From Candidatus Saccharimonadota bacterium (GTDB lineage: Bacteria; Patescibacteriota; Saccharimonadia; Saccharimonadales; Saccharimonadaceae), in NCBI GenBank assembly GCA_037129535.1, contig JBAXUT010000003.1, forward strand, positions 7,037-71,036: a DNA stretch of 64,000 nt, read 5' to 3'. Under the pieces are notes generated by a model. That model saw only the letters and a program-made list of their open reading frames with translations, was not told where the DNA came from and ran no database searches. Positions 8,312-17,360 of this stretch are shown in pieces. Positions within the stretch are counted from its first letter, which is position 1. Every line of letters starts with the position of its first letter. The position numbers and the translations under genes were made by a program.

Positions 8312-9769
8312 ATGAACTGGTGGGTTCTAAAACGGAAAATTCATACTTCGTGGTTGGTCGCGATTGCTTGTGGCGGGATTTTTATTGGTATTGTCTTGGC
8401 ACAATATATCCGCGACGCGTATGCCAGCTCGGTCGTTAGTCTAATTATCTCGTTATTAATTGTCACCATAGTTTTGTGGCGGCGGTATATTTATCTAGTC
8501 CCGATTTTAATCATAGCGGGCATATTATTGGGGTTATGGCGCGGGTCGATATCTCAAATCGAATTAACGAAATTTCAGCCACTATATAGTAAAAGTATTT
8601 CGGTCACGGGCACAGTCAAAGATGACGTTGATACTGGTTCATCGGGCCAGATTGTTATTAGACTAGATAGTCTATCTACGGAAAATGATAAATTGCCTGG
8701 TGTGTTATATGTTACCGCCACTACTGAATCGGAAATTAAACGTGGTGATGAGTTACAAATTAGCGGGTTACTGTGTGAAGGCTTTGGCAACTTTTCGGGG
8801 GTAATCTATCGAGCAAATATTGAGAAAATAATTCATCCTCAACCTGGCGATATCGCAAGGCAAGTTCGCGATTGGTTCGCCGATGCGGTGCGCCGAGTAA
8901 TTCCCGACCCCGAATCCAGTTTAGGAATTGGGTATCTAGTTGGACAACGACGGTCATTGCCAGCTGACCTAGTATTGGCATTGCAAATCGCGGGCCTAAC
9001 CCATGTTGTGGTGGCCAGTGGTTACAATCTAACGATATTAGTGCGGTTGGCGCGACGGCTGTTTGTAAAAGTTTCGAAATATTTGTCTGTGCTATCGGCT
9101 GGTGTTATGATATTTGGTTTTATCGCCGTTACTGGTGCTAGTCCTAGTATGGTTAGGGCAGGTTTGGTTTCGGGCCTAAGTTTATTGGCGTGGTATTACG
9201 GTCGTAAATTTCATCCGATAGTTTTGTTATTAATTGCGATTGCGGCGACAGTGTTATTTAATCCCAGTTATGTGTGGGGCGATTTGGGATGGCAATTATC
9301 ATTTGCGGCCTTTGCTGGCGTGATGATATTGGCACCATTACTGCAACGATACCTGTTCGGTGATAAAAAACCTAAATTGCTGCCACAGATATTATTAGAG
9401 ACAGCATCGGCATTGATAGTCACGACGCCGATAATTATCTCGGCTTTTGGGCAGATTTCCAATGTAGCGTTGATATCAAATCTGTTAGTTTTGCCGTTGG
9501 TGCCACTGGCGATGTTGTTGACTTTTATTGCGGGCATTGGCAGTTTATTATTGCCGACAATTGGCTGGCTGATCGCATTGCCTGCTACTTACTTATTAAA
9601 ATATATGGTTAGAGTAACAGAATATTTGGCAGCGCTGCCATGGGCGATGAGTAAAGTCAGCCTGCAGTGGTGGGGTGTTGCAATATGTTACGCCGTGATT
9701 GCCGGTCTGTGCATTTACCTGTGGCGAGTTACGAAGTTTAATCTGCGCGAGGCTAATATTGTTGAATAG
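8312..9769 (+). CDS. comEC: ComEC/Rec2-family DNA uptake channel protein (no C-terminal metallo-beta-lactamase domain)
   Basis: Polytopic membrane protein with an N-terminal OB-like segment and the competence-domain motif GLTHVVVASGYNLTIL. It ends right after the TM domain (485 aa). Confidence 0.75.
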   Translation: MNWWVLKRKIHTSWLVAIACGGIFIGIVLAQYIRDAYASSVVSLIISLLIVTIVLWRRYIYLVPILIIAGILLGLWRGSISQIELTKFQPLYSKSISVTGTVKDDVDTGSSGQIVIRLDSLSTENDKLPGVLYVTATTESEIKRGDELQISGLLCEGFGNFSGVIYRANIEKIIHPQPGDIARQVRDWFADAVRRVIPDPESSLGIGYLVGQRRSLPADLVLALQIAGLTHVVVASGYNLTILVRLARRLFVKVSKYLSVLSAGVMIFGFIAVTGASPSMVRAGLVSGLSLLAWYYGRKFHPIVLLLIAIAATVLFNPSYVWGDLGWQLSFAAFAGVMILAPLLQRYLFGDKKPKLLPQILLETASALIVTTPIIISAFGQISNVALISNLLVLPLVPLAMLLTFIAGIGSLLLPTIGWLIALPATYLLKYMVRVTEYLAALPWAMSKVSLQWWGVAICYAVIAGLCIYLWRVTKFNLREANIVE

Positions 9770-9783
9770 ATTTTTTCTAAATC

Positions 9784-9895
9784 GTCCGCTATTTGTTACC
9801 GCACACTCTACGTGTGGAGCTTACACCAGCACGTGGCGTTCGGCTGCGGCGCTTCGCCCGCACAGGCTATTATCACAAAGTAACCAATATCGGAC
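9784..9895 (+). repeat. palindromic intergenic element, family 2, copy A
   Basis: The 48-nt core 9801-9848 (GCACACTCTACGTGTGG.GCTT.C.CCAGCACGTGGCGTTCGGCTGCG) is 45/48 identical to 25628-25675. It is enclosed by the outer stem GTCCGCTATTTGTTAC / GTAACCAATATCGGAC. Confidence 0.6.
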
Positions 9896-9987
9896 TCGCT
9901 GTCTATATTTTGAAAGACTCGACTACTTTACCCCTATAAGGTATAATATAGTTAATCTAAATATAAATTTATACGGAGTTTTATGCC

Positions 9988-10710
9988 ATGTCTGGACACA
10001 GCAAATGGTCAACAATTAAACGCGAAAAAGGCTTAAAAGACGCTAAACGCGGTGCGGTTTTTACCAAGATTGGCAATCAAATAGCAATTGCAGCCCGCAG
10101 CGGTATTGATCCAACGATAAATTCAATATTATTCATGGCAATTGAAAAAGCCAAACAAGCCAATATGCCAGCAGCTAATATCCAGCGGGCGATTGATCGT
10201 GTAGCTGATAAAAACGCAGCCGTATTGGAAGAAACTGCTTATGAAGGTATGGGCCCAGGCGGAATCGGACTAATTATTGAAACTGCAACTGATAACAAAA
10301 ACCGAACTTTCCCAGAAGTTCGAAACGCATTGACTAAAAATGGCGGACGAATCGCTGATGCTGGTAGCGTGATGTTCCAATTTACTCGCAAGGGTGTAAT
10401 TATGGTTTCCGAGACGGGCGAGGACGCATTGTTGACGATATTAGATGCTGGTGCCGAAGACGCGGTTGAAGAAGACGGTGACATTATTGTATATACCGAT
10501 CAAAAAGACCTGGCGCGCGTTCGCAAAGCTATAATTGAAGCTGGTTTGACCGTAACTGGCGCAGAATTACAATATGTCCCTAATCACCCAGTCGAGATTA
10601 GCGACCCAGAAATCGCTGCCAAAGCTATCAAATTATTAGACGCGTTAGATGATCTAGACGATGTAGTAAATGTTCATAGCAATGCTGATATTACAGCCGA
10701 TATAAATTAA
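9988..10710 (+). CDS. yebC: YebC/PmpR-family transcriptional regulator
   Basis: MSGHSKWSTIKREKGLKDAKRGAVFTK N-terminus and overall length. Confidence 0.9.
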   Translation: MSGHSKWSTIKREKGLKDAKRGAVFTKIGNQIAIAARSGIDPTINSILFMAIEKAKQANMPAANIQRAIDRVADKNAAVLEETAYEGMGPGGIGLIIETATDNKNRTFPEVRNALTKNGGRIADAGSVMFQFTRKGVIMVSETGEDALLTILDAGAEDAVEEDGDIIVYTDQKDLARVRKAIIEAGLTVTGAELQYVPNHPVEISDPEIAAKAIKLLDALDDLDDVVNVHSNADITADIN

Positions 10711-10752
10711 ATAGTTTATTTTTCGTCAACAATATATTATTATTTTAAACAT

Positions 10753-12216
10753 ATGCGTGTTATCAAATATACACTGGGTTTGATATTGTGTCTTTTATTT
10801 TTTTCGTCGTCGGTCAGTGCTGAGATTACTGTCATTGATCCGCCAGAACCGATAGTTTATCCATCAGTTTTTGTGACTGGCTTTCAAATGACGGACAAAT
10901 TAGACGTCGTAGAACTTTACAACGAGTCGTCGACACCAGTAGATATGTCAAAATGGTCTTTGCAGTATGATTCATTGGAGCCTGGTAAGTCTTGTAATAT
11001 TACGTTTCAGGATTGGATTTTGCCAGAAGGTTATGTTGTCGCGGCTAGGATTGGTATGGTTTTGTCTAACGATGGGAATGTACTTAGATATACAGATTGC
11101 GCTAGGCATTTGATTAGTGGTTTTAATCTTACGCTAAATAAATTAGATGACAATGACCAGCTCATAAAGCAGGAGACTATTAAGTCGACAGCTTCGGCTT
11201 CCATGAGGAGGGGTTTGACTAAAACTTATCGGTCTGGAGATTTTGGTAAAGACTTTACAACGTTAAGTCGAAGTTTGTATGCGGGTGAGTGGTATTCGCC
11301 GCCACAATCTTTATTGTTGGAAATCAGCGAAATCTTACCCAACCCTCGCAGTTGTTCGCCGATCGAGACATCGCTAGATTGTAAAGAATATGTAAAATTG
11401 TATAATCCAATCGACCAAGCGATTGATTTGTCGCAGTTTCGTATTCGTAACGGATATGCCGGTCAAAGTTCAACTTCTAGCAACACAAAAACATTAGACG
11501 GTTGGTTACAGCCGGGCCATTTTGTCGCTGTGCCGATGGGCGTCACAAATAGTGAAAGCTATCTGTGGTTGGAAGATTTTTACGGCGCCAAGACATATGC
11601 AAACACAGTATTGCAATATCCCGATGCCTCTAGCGATACGAAAAAAAGCCAGGCTTGGGCATATGATGTCAGTGATGGTATATGGAAATGGACGCCGACA
11701 CCTAATCCAACTGATACGCCTAGTATATTTCCTGCGCCACCACCACCTGCGCCAGTAGTAGTTATATCTTCGACTCCGGTGACGGTCGTTTCGACGTCTA
11801 GTACATTTGTGCCATGCAAAGAAGGTCAATATCGTAATGAAGAGACTAATCGTTGTCGTAATATTGAAGTTGCTGTCGCTACATTGGAGCCATGTGGTGT
11901 CGGTCAAGAACGTAACCCAGCGACTAATCGCTGTCGTTCGATTACTGCGGTTTTGGGTGATAGTGATTTAAGGCCATGCGACCCAGGCCAAGAGCGCAAC
12001 CCGGAAACTAACCGCTGTCGTAATATAGTTAGCAGTGATATCCCAAAGGCAGATTACGCGCCTGAGCAAACTGGGGCCTCTCAAACAGATTATACTAGTT
12101 GGTTTATATTAGGTGGGATTGGCTTGGTTGCAGTCGGGTACGGAGTTTGGGAATGGCGTTCTGAACTAGTAAAACTATTTAAAAATGTGCTAGCGTTCCT
12201 ACGACGCAGAAAATAG
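10753..12216 (+). CDS. secreted, C-terminally membrane-anchored protein with two lamin-tail-like domains and three Cys-bracketed repeats
   Basis: Signal peptide and LTD-like motifs (DVVELYNESSTPVDMSKWSL; EISEILPNP...EYVKLYNPIDQAIDLSQFRI). A Pro-rich linker follows. The motif CxxGQxRNxxTNRCR occurs three times, and there is a C-terminal TM helix plus RRRK tail. Confidence 0.6.
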   Translation: MRVIKYTLGLILCLLFFSSSVSAEITVIDPPEPIVYPSVFVTGFQMTDKLDVVELYNESSTPVDMSKWSLQYDSLEPGKSCNITFQDWILPEGYVVAARIGMVLSNDGNVLRYTDCARHLISGFNLTLNKLDDNDQLIKQETIKSTASASMRRGLTKTYRSGDFGKDFTTLSRSLYAGEWYSPPQSLLLEISEILPNPRSCSPIETSLDCKEYVKLYNPIDQAIDLSQFRIRNGYAGQSSTSSNTKTLDGWLQPGHFVAVPMGVTNSESYLWLEDFYGAKTYANTVLQYPDASSDTKKSQAWAYDVSDGIWKWTPTPNPTDTPSIFPAPPPPAPVVVISSTPVTVVSTSSTFVPCKEGQYRNEETNRCRNIEVAVATLEPCGVGQERNPATNRCRSITAVLGDSDLRPCDPGQERNPETNRCRNIVSSDIPKADYAPEQTGASQTDYTSWFILGGIGLVAVGYGVWEWRSELVKLFKNVLAFLRRRK

Positions 12217-12218
12217 CC

Positions 12219-12224
12219 TATACT
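12219..12224 (+). promoter_or_regulatory. -10 box (TATACT) 6 nt before ATG 12231
   Basis: No Shine-Dalgarno between the box and the ATG. Confidence 0.4.
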
Positions 12225-12230
12225 AGATAT

Positions 12231-12707
12231 ATGCGAATTATTGGGATCGATCCAGGCACGGGCATATTAGGCTTTGGTGTTGTTGATATTGTTAAGGGCA
12301 AGATGACGATGGTTGACGCTGGTGTGATTACTACGCCTGCTCATACGGCGCTAGATGAACGCCTAGAGGATATTTTCGATAGTTTGACGACTATAATTAA
12401 CGAGACAAAACCCGATGTAATGTCGATTGAAAAATTATTCTTTGCACAGAATGTTACTACCGCGATGAGTGTATCGCATGCGCGTGGTGTAGCTATGTTG
12501 GCGGGTCGTAAAGGCGGTTTACCGATTCATGAATATACGCCGCTACAAATTAAACAAACAGTGACAGGTTACGGCAAAGCCGATAAAAAACAGATTCAAG
12601 AAATGGTTCGGGTGCAATTGGGTTTAGCCGCGATTCCGCAACCTGACGACTGTGCTGATGCACTAGCTACAGCAATCACTCACTACTGTATGTCGCGCGT
12701 AAAATAA
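12231..12707 (+). CDS. ruvC: Holliday junction resolvase RuvC
   Basis: MRIIGIDPGTGILGFGVVD and the RNase H-like fold motif order. Confidence 0.9.
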   Translation: MRIIGIDPGTGILGFGVVDIVKGKMTMVDAGVITTPAHTALDERLEDIFDSLTTIINETKPDVMSIEKLFFAQNVTTAMSVSHARGVAMLAGRKGGLPIHEYTPLQIKQTVTGYGKADKKQIQEMVRVQLGLAAIPQPDDCADALATAITHYCMSRVK

Positions 12708-12717
12708 CAGATGCAGA

Positions 12718-12743
12718 TTTGCTAAGGGCTGAACCCTTAGCAA
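12718..12743. repeat. REP-like hairpin (copy 1)
   Basis: TTTGCTAAGGG-CTGA-ACCCTTAGCAA; the loop is the reverse complement (one mismatch) of copies 2 and 3. Confidence 0.7.
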
Positions 12744-12758
12744 TCTTTTTTGGGTAGA

Positions 12759-13379
12759 TTATTCATCGGAATTGGCGAGCTCCCATTTGAGCTCATCAAG
12801 CATGCTTTTTTGGTCCTCATAATCTTCAACGAATCTTAGATATCTATAGACTTTGTTGTCAAACAGGTCGATTATTGGTTGAGGGTCTATCCAATCTGCC
12901 GTTTTCTCTCTCATAAAATACCTGAAACTTGAGTATGGATAGGTACGCCAGTTTTTTGTGTTGAGGTGTATATAACGTGAAATGTGGTGCAGGTATGATT
13001 CTTGGTCTATTAGAGTCGCCTTGTATGTACTTTGAAATAACGGTCCAAAACGGTCATACTTTTTATTGAAATACATACTATAGCTAGTCATCAATGACCT
13101 CATAAACCTTGTGATAGTATTTTTCTCAACCTGATATACCAGAATATGTATATGGGTGGGCATTAAACAATACGAGACTAGTTTTAGGCCATCAAATTTA
13201 GGATAGTCTATTCTGCCGCCATTTTTAATTTTTTCTTTTGACAGGTATCTTTTAAAAAGTCCCAAGAAGAAGATGTAATCGCTGGGTTCGCGAAATACAA
13301 TCTCTTTATTTACCCCACGAGAGTAAATATGGTAGTAGGAATCAGAATTATACTGCTTGACTACGTTTTTGCTGGGCAT
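12759..13379 (-). CDS. REP-associated tyrosine transposase (RAYT; IS200/IS605-like Y1 HUH transposase)
   Basis: YHIYSRG N-terminus, HUH motif PTHIHILV, catalytic-Tyr region RYIHLN, ~200 aa. Confidence 0.8.
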   Translation of the reverse strand: MPSKNVVKQYNSDSYYHIYSRGVNKEIVFREPSDYIFFLGLFKRYLSKEKIKNGGRIDYPKFDGLKLVSYCLMPTHIHILVYQVEKNTITRFMRSLMTSYSMYFNKKYDRFGPLFQSTYKATLIDQESYLHHISRYIHLNTKNWRTYPYSSFRYFMREKTADWIDPQPIIDLFDNKVYRYLRFVEDYEDQKSMLDELKWELANSDE

Positions 13380-13403
13380 ATTACAGGGATATTATCACAA
13401 ATC

Positions 13404-13426
13404 TGCTAAGGGTTCAACCCTTAGCA
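13404..13426. repeat. REP-like hairpin (copy 2)
   Basis: TGCTAAGGG-TTCA-ACCCTTAGCA. Confidence 0.7.
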
Positions 13427-13468
13427 AGTGGTAAGGTGTCATAATAGGTATATTAATAAGGGGATTAG

Positions 13469-14044
13469 ATGATTTCACACGTTTTTGGGGTAGTAGTAGA
13501 AAAGTTCGGTTCATCAGTCATCGTTGATGTCGGTGGCGTCGGCTATGAGGTTAATGTCGCGGCTGGTGATTTCGATGACACAATGCTGGATTCTAAAATT
13601 AAATTTTATACTTATCATCATATTCGTGAACAATCTCAGGAATTATTTGGATTTTCCAGTTTAATCGCCAAGAAATTATTTGAACTGCTAATTACAGTCC
13701 AGGGCGTTGGGCCAAAAGCAGCACTAGCAATATTGTCACTGGGCGATAGCGAAACAGTGCGCAATGCAATCGCAATTGGTGACGCGGTATTCATTGCCAA
13801 AGCCAGTGGTGTTGGTAAAAAAACAGCTGAACGAGTAATCGTAGACCTATCTGATAAAGTCGGCCAGGCAACCCGTGTCGGCAATAGCGTCGTGGCAAAT
13901 GCGATTTTGAGTAATGATGAGGCTCTAGAGGCATTAATGACATTGGGCTATAACCTGAGTGACGCAACCAAAGCATTAGAAGGTGTCCCAGTTGACCTGC
14001 CAACAGCTCAACGGGTTACTATGGCACTGAAAGGTGTTAAATAA
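13469..14044 (+). CDS. ruvA: Holliday junction helicase subunit RuvA
   Basis: GYEVNV N-terminal OB motif and HhH motifs ([25 protein letters not shown]). Confidence 0.9.
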   Translation: MISHVFGVVVEKFGSSVIVDVGGVGYEVNVAAGDFDDTMLDSKIKFYTYHHIREQSQELFGFSSLIAKKLFELLITVQGVGPKAALAILSLGDSETVRNAIAIGDAVFIAKASGVGKKTAERVIVDLSDKVGQATRVGNSVVANAILSNDEALEALMTLGYNLSDATKALEGVPVDLPTAQRVTMALKGVK

Positions 14045-15078
14045 TGGCTATCGAACGAATAACTGATATTAATGTCCACAGTTCGGATGCTGATGAGCAG
14101 CAAATTGAAGTTACATTGCGACCGAAATCTTTTGATGATTATATTGGCCAAGACAGGTTAAAAAACAATTTAAAACTAGCAATCGACGCGGCAAAAAAAC
14201 GTGGCGAGCCGATTGATCACGTTTTGTTGTATGGTCCTCCGGGTTTAGGTAAAACAACAATGGCAACAGTTATCGCCAATGAAATGGGCACGAATATTCG
14301 CGTTACTGCCGGTCCGGCTATTGAAAAAGCAGGGGATTTGGCTAGTATTTTAACAAATCTGACAGACGGTGACGTTTTGTTTATTGATGAGATTCATCGC
14401 CTGGGTAGGTCAGTCGAAGAGGTGTTATACAGCGCGATGGAAGATTTCAAATTAGATATTATGATAGGTAAGGGCCCAGCTGCGCGTAGTGTGCGATTGG
14501 ATTTGCCTAAATTTACGATTATTGGGGCAACTACCAGGACTGGTGCATTGGCCGCACCGCTACGCGATAGGTTTGGTTTGATTCATCGACTAGAATTTTA
14601 TTCACACGATGAAATATCACAAATTATTAAACGAGCTGCCAAGATATTAGAAAGCAAAATTGATCCAAATGCCGCAGATATGTTATCAACCAGAGCGCGG
14701 CTAACCCCACGTATCGCTAATCGTCTACTAAAACGTGTTCGCGATTACGCCGATGTTAATGGCGATGGAATTATTGATGAAAAAACGACTAAACTAGCAC
14801 TAGATTTATTAGAAGTTGATGAATTGGGCCTGGACCCAGGTGATCGTAATTTATTGAACAGTATTATTGATAATTATGGCACTAACCCTGTGGGCTTGAA
14901 TACGATTGCCGCGCTGACGGGTGATGAAGCGACTACGATCGAAGATTTTTATGAACCATATTTGTTGCAGATTGGCTTTATCGAGCGAACGCCCCGCGGT
15001 CGTCGAGTAACTGCCAAAGCCTACAAGCACATTGGCAAAACTCAAGAAAAAGACGAAAATCAACAAAAATTGGTATAA
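14044..15078 (+). CDS. ruvB: Holliday junction helicase RuvB
   Basis: [12 protein letters not shown], Walker [10 protein letters not shown], Walker B FIDEIHR. ATGA-type overlap with ruvA. Confidence 0.95.
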   Translation: MAIERITDINVHSSDADEQQIEVTLRPKSFDDYIGQDRLKNNLKLAIDAAKKRGEPIDHVLLYGPPGLGKTTMATVIANEMGTNIRVTAGPAIEKAGDLASILTNLTDGDVLFIDEIHRLGRSVEEVLYSAMEDFKLDIMIGKGPAARSVRLDLPKFTIIGATTRTGALAAPLRDRFGLIHRLEFYSHDEISQIIKRAAKILESKIDPNAADMLSTRARLTPRIANRLLKRVRDYADVNGDGIIDEKTTKLALDLLEVDELGLDPGDRNLLNSIIDNYGTNPVGLNTIAALTGDEATTIEDFYEPYLLQIGFIERTPRGRRVTAKAYKHIGKTQEKDENQQKLV

Positions 15079-15079
15079 T
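15071..15079 (+). promoter_or_regulatory. extended -10 (TGGTATAAT) 6 nt before ATG 15086
   Basis: TGnTATAAT overlapping the ruvB stop region; no Shine-Dalgarno. Confidence 0.5.
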
Positions 15080-15085
15080 ATAACT

Positions 15086-15820
15086 ATGGACAAGCCAGAG
15101 GAGCCAATAGATTATAGTCGACCAGTTGCTTATGATATCAATGGGCGCCCTTTGTATGCTCATCCGCCGGTGGATTCGCCCCAGATCGAGCGACGATCTA
15201 ATAATAAAGTTTGGGACGGCAGTATTGAATCACCAATTATTAGCGATTCTATAAAATTAAAACACATCAAATCCCAAAATGTATTCCCGGAATTGGCACT
15301 AAATGAAGGTGATTATGTGATTAGTGCGGTGCGCAGGCACCCGATTGGTTTGTTGCTGCCATTTATTGTCGGAGTTTTAGTTATCGCCTTGGCTTTTATC
15401 GTCCTGTTTAATTATGATATCGTCATCAAAGTATTTCAACTATCTGGTAGTGTCGCCGATGCGTCAGTGATCTTTTGGCCTGTAATCGTATTTGCAGTCT
15501 TGGTTTTGATGAGTGAGTATATTGTATATTACGTCTATATCAATAATAGATTTTTCCTGACGAATGAAAGTGTAATACAACAAATTCAGACCGGTATATT
15601 CAGTAATGGCGAACAAATAGTCAGCTTGGGCAATATCGAAGACGCTAGCTATAGCCAAAACGGCATTATGCAACAATTGTTTAATTACGGCTCAATAAGA
15701 CTTAGCACTGAAGGTGAAGAAACGACTTATCGATTTACCTTTGTTGTCGATCCAAAAGGATGTATTGCAACACTAGACAACGCAATCGAAAATTTCAAAA
15801 ATTGCCGACCGCCTTGTTAA
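15086..15820 (+). CDS. membrane protein with bacterial PH-like (YdbS/YdbT, DUF304-type) domain
   Basis: Two TM helices followed by a beta-rich segment (GSIRLSTEGEETTYRF). ATG 15086 preferred; the track start 15032 overlaps ruvB. Confidence 0.5.
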   Translation: MDKPEEPIDYSRPVAYDINGRPLYAHPPVDSPQIERRSNNKVWDGSIESPIISDSIKLKHIKSQNVFPELALNEGDYVISAVRRHPIGLLLPFIVGVLVIALAFIVLFNYDIVIKVFQLSGSVADASVIFWPVIVFAVLVLMSEYIVYYVYINNRFFLTNESVIQQIQTGIFSNGEQIVSLGNIEDASYSQNGIMQQLFNYGSIRLSTEGEETTYRFTFVVDPKGCIATLDNAIENFKNCRPPC

Positions 15821-16212
15821 TTGTTTCGACTAGTTTTGACGAAGTCGCCTTCGTTTTCTAGGATTGTCTTGAGCGTGTATCCCTTGCATTTACTGTCAAC
15901 GCAATTGGTTGGTTCGTAGGAGTAAACACTGCCGGTATCGCCTATTTTTACACCACTATTGTCATTGAACAAAGCTGGATCCATAGCTTTAAGGTCGTTG
16001 GCACTGATTGACTGTGGGTAATATTGACTGGCTGGGTAGAAGACTTCTTCGAGGTTGTAATACATTGCGTTGATTGATGTCTTGCTTTTTTCGTCACGAG
16101 CCACGACAGATAAGTTGTTTTTTTGAACAAAAAATATAATACTGGCAGTTGCTAATAACACGACTACAAATAAAATTTCTATAACAGTGAAGCCTTGAGA
16201 ATGTTTTTTCAT
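15817..16212 (-). CDS. type IV pilin-like protein (prepilin-type N-terminal cleavage/methylation domain)
   Basis: MKKHSQG|FTVIEILFVVVLLA class III signal. Confidence 0.7.
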   Translation of the reverse strand: MKKHSQGFTVIEILFVVVLLATASIIFFVQKNNLSVVARDEKSKTSINAMYYNLEEVFYPASQYYPQSISANDLKAMDPALFNDNSGVKIGDTGSVYSYEPTNCVDSKCKGYTLKTILENEGDFVKTSRNN

Positions 16213-16240
16213 ATTGGTTCTATTATATCATCGCGCGAGG

Positions 16241-16258
16241 CAATACTGCGTAGTATTG
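16241..16258. promoter_or_regulatory. perfect 7-bp inverted repeat between the divergent pilin gene and recA (candidate operator)
   Basis: CAATACT-GCGT-AGTATTG. Confidence 0.25.
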
Positions 16259-16318
16259 TAGTAAATTTGCGCATATCAAAGTATAATTGAAAGTAGATTA
16301 AAGATAGAGAGGGGTACT

Positions 16319-17359
16319 ATGACTGCAAAAAAAGCTGAAAAAGCACAAATTGGCGAGAAGCCGGTTGCTTCCGAAGGTAAACTAAAAGCATTAGGGTTGG
16401 CACAAGATCAAATTAATAAACAATTCGGTGATGGTGCAATTCGCCGATTGGGCGATTCCAAAACTGTTGATGTTGAGTTATTTAGTAGTGGTTCACTGTC
16501 ACTAGACTTGGCATTGGGCGGTGGTTATCCCAAAGGCCGTATATTAGAGATTTTCGGGCCAGAATCATCCGGTAAAACTACAATTGCATTACACGCGATT
16601 GCTGAAATTCAGAAAAACGGCGGCACAGCAGCATTCATTGATGCCGAGCATGCACTAGATCCATCATATGCTAAAAAACTAGGTGTTGATGTAGATAATC
16701 TGTTGGTCTCTCAACCAGATAACGGTGAACAGGCGTTGGAAATTTGTGAGACATTGGTTCGATCAAATGCAGTTGATATCGTAGTTGTTGACTCGGTTGC
16801 GGCATTGGTACCACAAGCCGAAATTGATGGTGATATGGGCGACAGTCACATGGGTCTACAGGCTAGATTAATGAGCCAGGCACTACGTAAGCTAACTGGT
16901 ATCATTAACAAAAGCCATACGACCGTATTGTTCATCAACCAAATTCGTATGAAGATTGGTGTGATGTTTGGTAATCCCGAAACTACTACAGGGGGTAATG
17001 CTTTGAAATTCTACGCATCACTGCGTCTAGATATTCGCCGAACTGGTCAGATTAAAAACGGCGAAGATATTATCGGTAGCCGTACCAAAGTTAAAGTTGT
17101 CAAAAACAAGATTGCGCCGCCTTTCCGCGTTGCTGAATTTGACATCATGTATGGCGAAGGCGTTAGCCGAACGGGTGACGTTCTAGACTTAGCAGTCCAA
17201 CATGGCATTGTAGGTAAATCTGGTGCCTGGTTCGATTACAATGAAGCTAAAATTGGCCAGGGCCGTGAAGCCACCAAAGAATATCTAAAACAAAATCCAA
17301 AAGTTCTAGAAGAAATTGATAAAAAGGTTCGCGCCAAAGTTGCCGAAGAAGCTGCCTAA
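16319..17359 (+). CDS. recA: recombinase RecA
   Basis: GPESSGKTT Walker A, full-length RecA motif order, GAGAGGGG Shine-Dalgarno. Confidence 0.97.
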   Translation: MTAKKAEKAQIGEKPVASEGKLKALGLAQDQINKQFGDGAIRRLGDSKTVDVELFSSGSLSLDLALGGGYPKGRILEIFGPESSGKTTIALHAIAEIQKNGGTAAFIDAEHALDPSYAKKLGVDVDNLLVSQPDNGEQALEICETLVRSNAVDIVVVDSVAALVPQAEIDGDMGDSHMGLQARLMSQALRKLTGIINKSHTTVLFINQIRMKIGVMFGNPETTTGGNALKFYASLRLDIRRTGQIKNGEDIIGSRTKVKVVKNKIAPPFRVAEFDIMYGEGVSRTGDVLDLAVQHGIVGKSGAWFDYNEAKIGQGREATKEYLKQNPKVLEEIDKKVRAKVAEEAA

Positions 17360-17360
17360 T

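Larger units (their letters stand above)
12718..13426 (-). mobile_element. RAYT unit: Y1 transposase gene bracketed by inverted REP hairpins
   Basis: REP hairpins at 12718-12743 and 13404-13426 lie in opposite orientation on either side of the HUH/Y1 transposase gene. Confidence 0.7.

Noticed and set aside
9699-10019. 106-aa plus-strand ORF spanning the comEC end, the family-2 repeat and the yebC start
   Set aside because: It crosses a palindromic repeat and overlaps two well-supported genes.
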